A stretch of 64,000 nt of DNA from an uncultured Bacteroidaceae bacterium (GTDB taxonomy: Bacteria > Bacteroidota > Bacteroidia > Bacteroidales > SM23-62), in the NCBI GenBank assembly GCA_964574985.1, contig CAZNPH010000002.1:113263-177262 (forward strand), read 5' to 3'. Position numbers and translations under genes: made by a program. Positions 59,989 to 64,000 of this stretch are shown here, piece by piece. Within the stretch, counting starts at the first letter, position 1, and the number at the start of each line of letters is the position of its first letter. The notes under the pieces were generated by a model that ran no database searches, had not been told where the DNA came from, and saw only the letters and a list, made by a program, of their open reading frames with translations.

Positions 59989-62037
59989 ATGGACCAAAGA
60001 TACACAACCATTTTCAGGCAGTTGATCTACAACATTGTCGGTCCGGCAATCATAGCCCTTCTGATATTGGGTGTGCTGAACTATAACCACACCAAAAATA
60101 TCCTGATCGAATCCAGTGAAAACAAGAAGGAAATCATCATTGACGAAATAACCCACATCCATGAATTGCAGGATATGGCCCTTGAGATCCTTGAACGGGA
60201 ACTCAATGAAGAGATGCGGGTGATCAGCGACAAGCTTGTTACCGAATATTTTGCGGATACCCGGAATATTGAAAATGTAGATCTTTATGAAATCAGGAAA
60301 GAATTGGGGATGAATCCCGAATTTGAGGACATCTATATCATCAACCGGGAAGGCACTGTGGTAAATACCACATTTTCCAAGGATAAGGGTTTGAATTTAT
60401 TCGCTTTTGGTGAAGAGCACAAAAAGCTGCTGATGGATGTTTTTGAACAAAACCGTTATGTCAGTGAGCGGTTTGCCATGGAAAGCCAGACCAAAAGACT
60501 CAAAAAGTTCACCTATCAACCCACCCTGGACGGCGCTTATATTGTGGAACTGGGCGTATATTCCCCCAAAGCCGATGAAACCATCCAATACATAAAAAGT
60601 ACACTGAATGAGATCTCCCGGCAACAGGAAAACATCGTATCGGTGCATCTTTTCATCGGATCCGACAATCCTTTTTCGCTGAATGAGGATGTGCAGATCA
60701 AGGAAGAACATATGGACCTGTACCGGAAAACCCTGAATGAAAAAACCAATATCAGGACCAGCGAAAAGGAGGAAAAAACCCGGCTCAATTACAACTATAT
60801 TTACATGCAGCGAAAGCATACCGATCTGTATAAGGGGTCGGTGATCCGGATCATTTCCGACCGTTCCGCAGAACGAAAACTGCTTCGTTACGAGACCTTC
60901 AAGTTCCTGATCATATTCGGGGTGACCATACTGGTGGTTATCGTGTTGTTATACAGAAAAACCCGGGTAATTACCGATCCCATCAAGAAGCTGGTGGAAA
61001 ATGTGAACAGGATCACCAACGGGCATTTGGAAGAAAGGGCCGATGTGATCGGAAACAATGAGATCACCAAACTTTCCGAACAGTTCAACCAGATGATTGC
61101 CCAGCTGGAAAGCTATTACAATGAACTGGAACAGAAAGTCAAGGAACGAACTGCAGAAATTGAGAGGCAGAAAGAAGAGATTGAGGCCCAGCGTGATTCA
61201 CTGGCCGAGCAGCGGAATATACTGAGGCAGACCAATTCGGATTTGCAGAAAGCGTATGGAGAGATCGAAGAAAAAAACAAGCATATTGAGGACAGCATCC
61301 ATTATGCAAAAAGAATTCAGAATGCCATCCTCCCCCCCGACCATTATGTTAGTGACCTTCTGGGGGACGGTTTTATTTTTTACCGGCCAAAAGACATTGT
61401 CAGCGGGGATTTTTACTGGCTGAACAAAAAGAAGGACCTGGTCATGATAGCTGCAGTGGATTGTACCGGGCACGGGGTTCCCGGTGCATTCATGTCCATT
61501 GTGGGAAACAACCAGTTGAATTACGCCGTCAATGTGCTGGGTACAAGAAAACCTGCGGAGATACTGAACGCCCTGAACGAGGGAGTTACCAGAACACTCA
61601 GGCAGACCCGGGGAGGCAGGGGGGTTAAGGACGGAATGGATATGGCCCTCTGCGTCATCGACTACGGTGAGATGAAACTGGAATTTGCCGGGGCCTATAA
61701 TCCAATGTTTCATATCCGGGATCATGAACTGAATGTGATCAAGGGCGACAAGCATCCGGTGGGTGGCTTCCTGGATGAGGAATTGCCTGAATTTACCAAT
61801 AAAAAGCTGTCGCTCAAAAAGGGCGACATGATCTATATTTTTTCAGATGGCTATGCCGACCAGTTCGGCGGATCCAAAAACAAGAAATTCATGACCAGGC
61901 GTTTCCGGGAACTCCTGCTTGAGATTTGCCAAAAACCGATGCAGGATCAGAGAGACATACTGGAAGAGAGTCTGGACAACTGGATGAACGGACAGGTTCA
62001 GGTGGATGACATACTGGTCATAGGGGTAAAGGTTTAG
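59989..62037 (+). CDS. Membrane sensor PP2C/SpoIIE-family phosphatase (extracytoplasmic Cache-like domain, HAMP, coiled coil, PP2C)
   Basis: 682 aa. Two TM segments flank a ~270-aa loop. HAMP: ITDPIKKLVENVNRITNGHL...ITKLSEQFNQMIAQLE. PP2C motifs: SGDFYW, DCTGHGVPGAFMS, DGMDMAL, FSDGYADQFGG. Confidence 0.85.
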   Translation: MDQRYTTIFRQLIYNIVGPAIIALLILGVLNYNHTKNILIESSENKKEIIIDEITHIHELQDMALEILERELNEEMRVISDKLVTEYFADTRNIENVDLYEIRKELGMNPEFEDIYIINREGTVVNTTFSKDKGLNLFAFGEEHKKLLMDVFEQNRYVSERFAMESQTKRLKKFTYQPTLDGAYIVELGVYSPKADETIQYIKSTLNEISRQQENIVSVHLFIGSDNPFSLNEDVQIKEEHMDLYRKTLNEKTNIRTSEKEEKTRLNYNYIYMQRKHTDLYKGSVIRIISDRSAERKLLRYETFKFLIIFGVTILVVIVLLYRKTRVITDPIKKLVENVNRITNGHLEERADVIGNNEITKLSEQFNQMIAQLESYYNELEQKVKERTAEIERQKEEIEAQRDSLAEQRNILRQTNSDLQKAYGEIEEKNKHIEDSIHYAKRIQNAILPPDHYVSDLLGDGFIFYRPKDIVSGDFYWLNKKKDLVMIAAVDCTGHGVPGAFMSIVGNNQLNYAVNVLGTRKPAEILNALNEGVTRTLRQTRGGRGVKDGMDMALCVIDYGEMKLEFAGAYNPMFHIRDHELNVIKGDKHPVGGFLDEELPEFTNKKLSLKKGDMIYIFSDGYADQFGGSKNKKFMTRRFRELLLEICQKPMQDQRDILEESLDNWMNGQVQVDDILVIGVKV

Positions 62038-62038
62038 T

Positions 62039-63421
62039 ATGGTTACAAAGGCCAAAATAGGTATCATTCTTCCCGGGCCCGGGGATCAGTTGCCTGCCGG
62101 AATAATGGAATGGGTGGATACTTTCAGGAAGCATTTTGATGTGATGCTGAAAAGACTGACCGGAAGGGAAACAAAATGGATGGAACCGGAGTCGGGATAT
62201 CAGTTTCGTCCGGAATGTGAGACCTGCATATTGATAATGCATGCGGGTCATCCGGAAAAGATGCCCGGTGATATACCGGAAAAGACCCTGCAGAAAGCAG
62301 TCAGACTGATGTTGTCGAGGTTCCGGTCCGGCGGTATCCCCGACGAACTGGTCAGGATTGAGAATTTTGATTTTTTCACCAAAGGTTCCGGAGAAGGGGA
62401 CCAGGGTTTGCTTTCACCCCGGCAAAAAGAATACTGGCTTAAGCTGGCCGACCTGGTCATTGATATTTCAGACCGGTTTGACACCCGAAAAACGGGCATG
62501 AAGCCGGATGGAAAAGAAACCATATATCTGGCCGCCGGATGCTACGGACAGGAATCTGAAAGGGATGTTCTCCGCCGGGAATTTTCACAATGGGGATACC
62601 GGGTGGTCCCTGAGTATGACTTATCATGCCTTGATGCCGGAAAGCTTGTAAACCATATCAGGGAACAATGTGCAAATTCCATTCTTTCCGTTCACATCAT
62701 CGGGGATGAATTCGGGACATCTTCCGGGGCCGGGAAGGAACCGGTTGATGATATGCAGATCAGGATCTGTGAAGAAGTTTTTTCCCGGCAAAGAGGGCAA
62801 CCGGGTTCCGGTGAATGGCCTTACAGTTTTATCTGGCTGCCTGCCGGTTTTGTACCCCGGGACGAACAACAAAATGAAACAATTCAGCGCCTGAAAAGAT
62901 CTGTTGCAAGTCAGCCCAATACCGAGATCATCCAGACTCCCCTGGAAGCATTCAAGGAAATTATACGGAAAAAATTGCTTGAAAGGTCTGTAGATAAAAA
63001 AACTGAAAAATCCCGCCAAAAAGCCCGGAAATCGGTTTATATGATTTGTGACCGGAACGATTTGCAAAAGATCGAACCCATAAAAAAGACCATTCTTGAG
63101 CATGGTTTTGAACCATTAACCATTGATTACGGATCGGGAAAGTATAATCTCATTCATGAACACAAACAGCATCTTGTTGAATGTGACGGGGTGATCGTTT
63201 ATTATGGCAACCGAAATGAAAAATGGTTGATGAGCAAGCTCAAGGATCTTTTGAAATCACCGGGATTCGGACGACAAAAACCCATTCCCGGGAAGGCGGT
63301 ATTCAAGGACCCCGGTTCAAAAGTTCCGGATATTCAGGGATTGGGGGACCTGCTGGTCATTGATCACAACGGGGAACCGGACAAATCGTTGCTGCAACCT
63401 TTTTTTGATAAGCTGACATGA
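62039..63421 (+). CDS. Hypothetical protein built of two to three TIR/DUF4062-like alpha/beta modules
   Basis: 460 aa. Repeated strand-helix starts resemble TIR-like or DUF4062 modules: KIGIILPGPGD..., ETIYLAAGCYGQESERDVLRREFSQWGYRVV...ILSVHIIGDEFG, and SVYMICDRNDLQKIEPIKKTILEHGFEP...CDGVIVYYG. This is a pattern-level call only. Confidence 0.45.
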   Translation: MVTKAKIGIILPGPGDQLPAGIMEWVDTFRKHFDVMLKRLTGRETKWMEPESGYQFRPECETCILIMHAGHPEKMPGDIPEKTLQKAVRLMLSRFRSGGIPDELVRIENFDFFTKGSGEGDQGLLSPRQKEYWLKLADLVIDISDRFDTRKTGMKPDGKETIYLAAGCYGQESERDVLRREFSQWGYRVVPEYDLSCLDAGKLVNHIREQCANSILSVHIIGDEFGTSSGAGKEPVDDMQIRICEEVFSRQRGQPGSGEWPYSFIWLPAGFVPRDEQQNETIQRLKRSVASQPNTEIIQTPLEAFKEIIRKKLLERSVDKKTEKSRQKARKSVYMICDRNDLQKIEPIKKTILEHGFEPLTIDYGSGKYNLIHEHKQHLVECDGVIVYYGNRNEKWLMSKLKDLLKSPGFGRQKPIPGKAVFKDPGSKVPDIQGLGDLLVIDHNGEPDKSLLQPFFDKLT

Positions 63422-64000
63422 GCGATCAAACTTTGAACAAAAAAACCATGCCGAAACCCGGTACCGCCCGGAATTATGCAAATCCTTTTCCCGGACTCCG
63501 GCCTTTTGGTATCGATGAAAATCACTTGTTTTTCGGACGCGAGGGACAAAGTGAGGAAGTATTGATGCATCTGGCAAGGAACCGGTTCGTTGCCGTGATC
63601 GGGGCATCGGGAAGCGGAAAATCCTCCCTGATGTATTGCGGGCTTGTCCCTACTTTATACGGGGGATTTATTGCAGATGCGGGATCCTCCTGGAAAATCA
63701 TCACCACCCGCCCGGGCAACGATCCACTGGGCAATCTTGCCAGGTCCATTGCCCTGGAAGAAACCACCGGCCTCCGGGATGAAAATCCGGAAGTTGCCGT
63801 AAACATTACCGAAGCGGTCATAAGAAGGAATTCAAAGGGACTGGTCAATGCCCTGGAGCACATCGGATTGTCTGAGGGAGAAAATATTTTGCTGCTTGTT
63901 GACCAGTTCGAGGAACTTTTCCGGTATAAAGGCAGCAGGAAGGATGAGAATGCCTTCAATGACTCGGAGGTTTTTGTCAGGTTGCTGGTACAGGCCGTAA
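63418..64000 (+). CDS. STAND-class P-loop NTPase (5' part only; ORF runs off the window and is absent from the ORF track)
   Basis: My own translation from ATG 63418 is open to the window end: MSDQTLNKK...NPFPGLRPFGIDENHLFFGREGQSEEVL...AVIGASGSGKSSLMYCGLVP (Walker A)...ILLLVDQFEELF (Walker B). The ATG overlaps the stop of the upstream gene (ATGA). Confidence 0.75.
   Translation, partial: MSDQTLNKKTMPKPGTARNYANPFPGLRPFGIDENHLFFGREGQSEEVLMHLARNRFVAVIGASGSGKSSLMYCGLVPTLYGGFIADAGSSWKIITTRPGNDPLGNLARSIALEETTGLRDENPEVAVNITEAVIRRNSKGLVNALEHIGLSEGENILLLVDQFEELFRYKGSRKDENAFNDSEVFVRLLVQAV

Noticed and set aside
1-64000. tRNA, rRNA, CRISPR arrays, IS elements/transposases, integrases and prophage genes.
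   Set aside because: There are few intergenic gaps over 100 bp (8131-8253, 13520-13884, 30552-30731, 33412-33526, 36887-37023, 44983-45227, 50621-50763, 56572-56791). None shows tRNA T-loop/cloverleaf features, spaced direct repeats or terminal inverted repeats by eye. No ORF has transposase or recombinase motifs. Short or degenerate elements cannot be excluded without tools.

Overview
The window looks like chromosomal DNA from a Bacteroidota member. Evidence for the phylum: TAnnTTTG -7 promoter boxes, a T9SS C-terminal sorting domain, Bacteroidetes-type ParE/ParC and long LysS, and the purH-mreBCD-mrdA-rodA gene order. All domain calls come from motif recognition by eye; no searches were run.

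About 80% of the window is densely packed housekeeping genes: fbaB, rsmA, mgtE, purH, mreBCD, mrdA, rodA, acpH, pgi, lysS, lipA, lipB, recJ, corA, purE, hpt, adk, obg, lplA, plsC, parE, parC, aroK and yhhQ. I saw no tRNA, rRNA, CRISPR array, IS element or integrase.

Four regions look accessory or otherwise notable:
1. 1-8130: a tightly packed, co-directional helicase/nuclease cassette. It encodes an AlbA_2/HATPase_c_4 protein, a type III Res-like helicase-nuclease with no Mod gene in the window, an unknown TPR-like protein, and a SWIM-SNF2 helicase. The first 4.5 kb is visibly A+T-richer than what follows.
2. 9425-13812 (minus strand): a clear cobalamin riboswitch, which the ORF track cannot show. 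It drives an operon of a T9SS-sorted surface protein, a TonB-dependent receptor and a beta-propeller lipoprotein.
3. 41455-44424: a pair of outer-membrane beta-barrel proteins, one carrying a ComEA-like helix-hairpin-helix domain.
4. 56792-64000: the most interesting candidate system, a four-gene, near-zero-spacer cluster. It encodes a transporter-HEAT-cNMP-binding fusion, a Cache/HAMP-PP2C phosphatase, a protein of tandem TIR/DUF4062-like modules, and a STAND NTPase that runs off the window edge.

Several ORF-track starts are over-extended and were trimmed, in some cases supported by -7 boxes.
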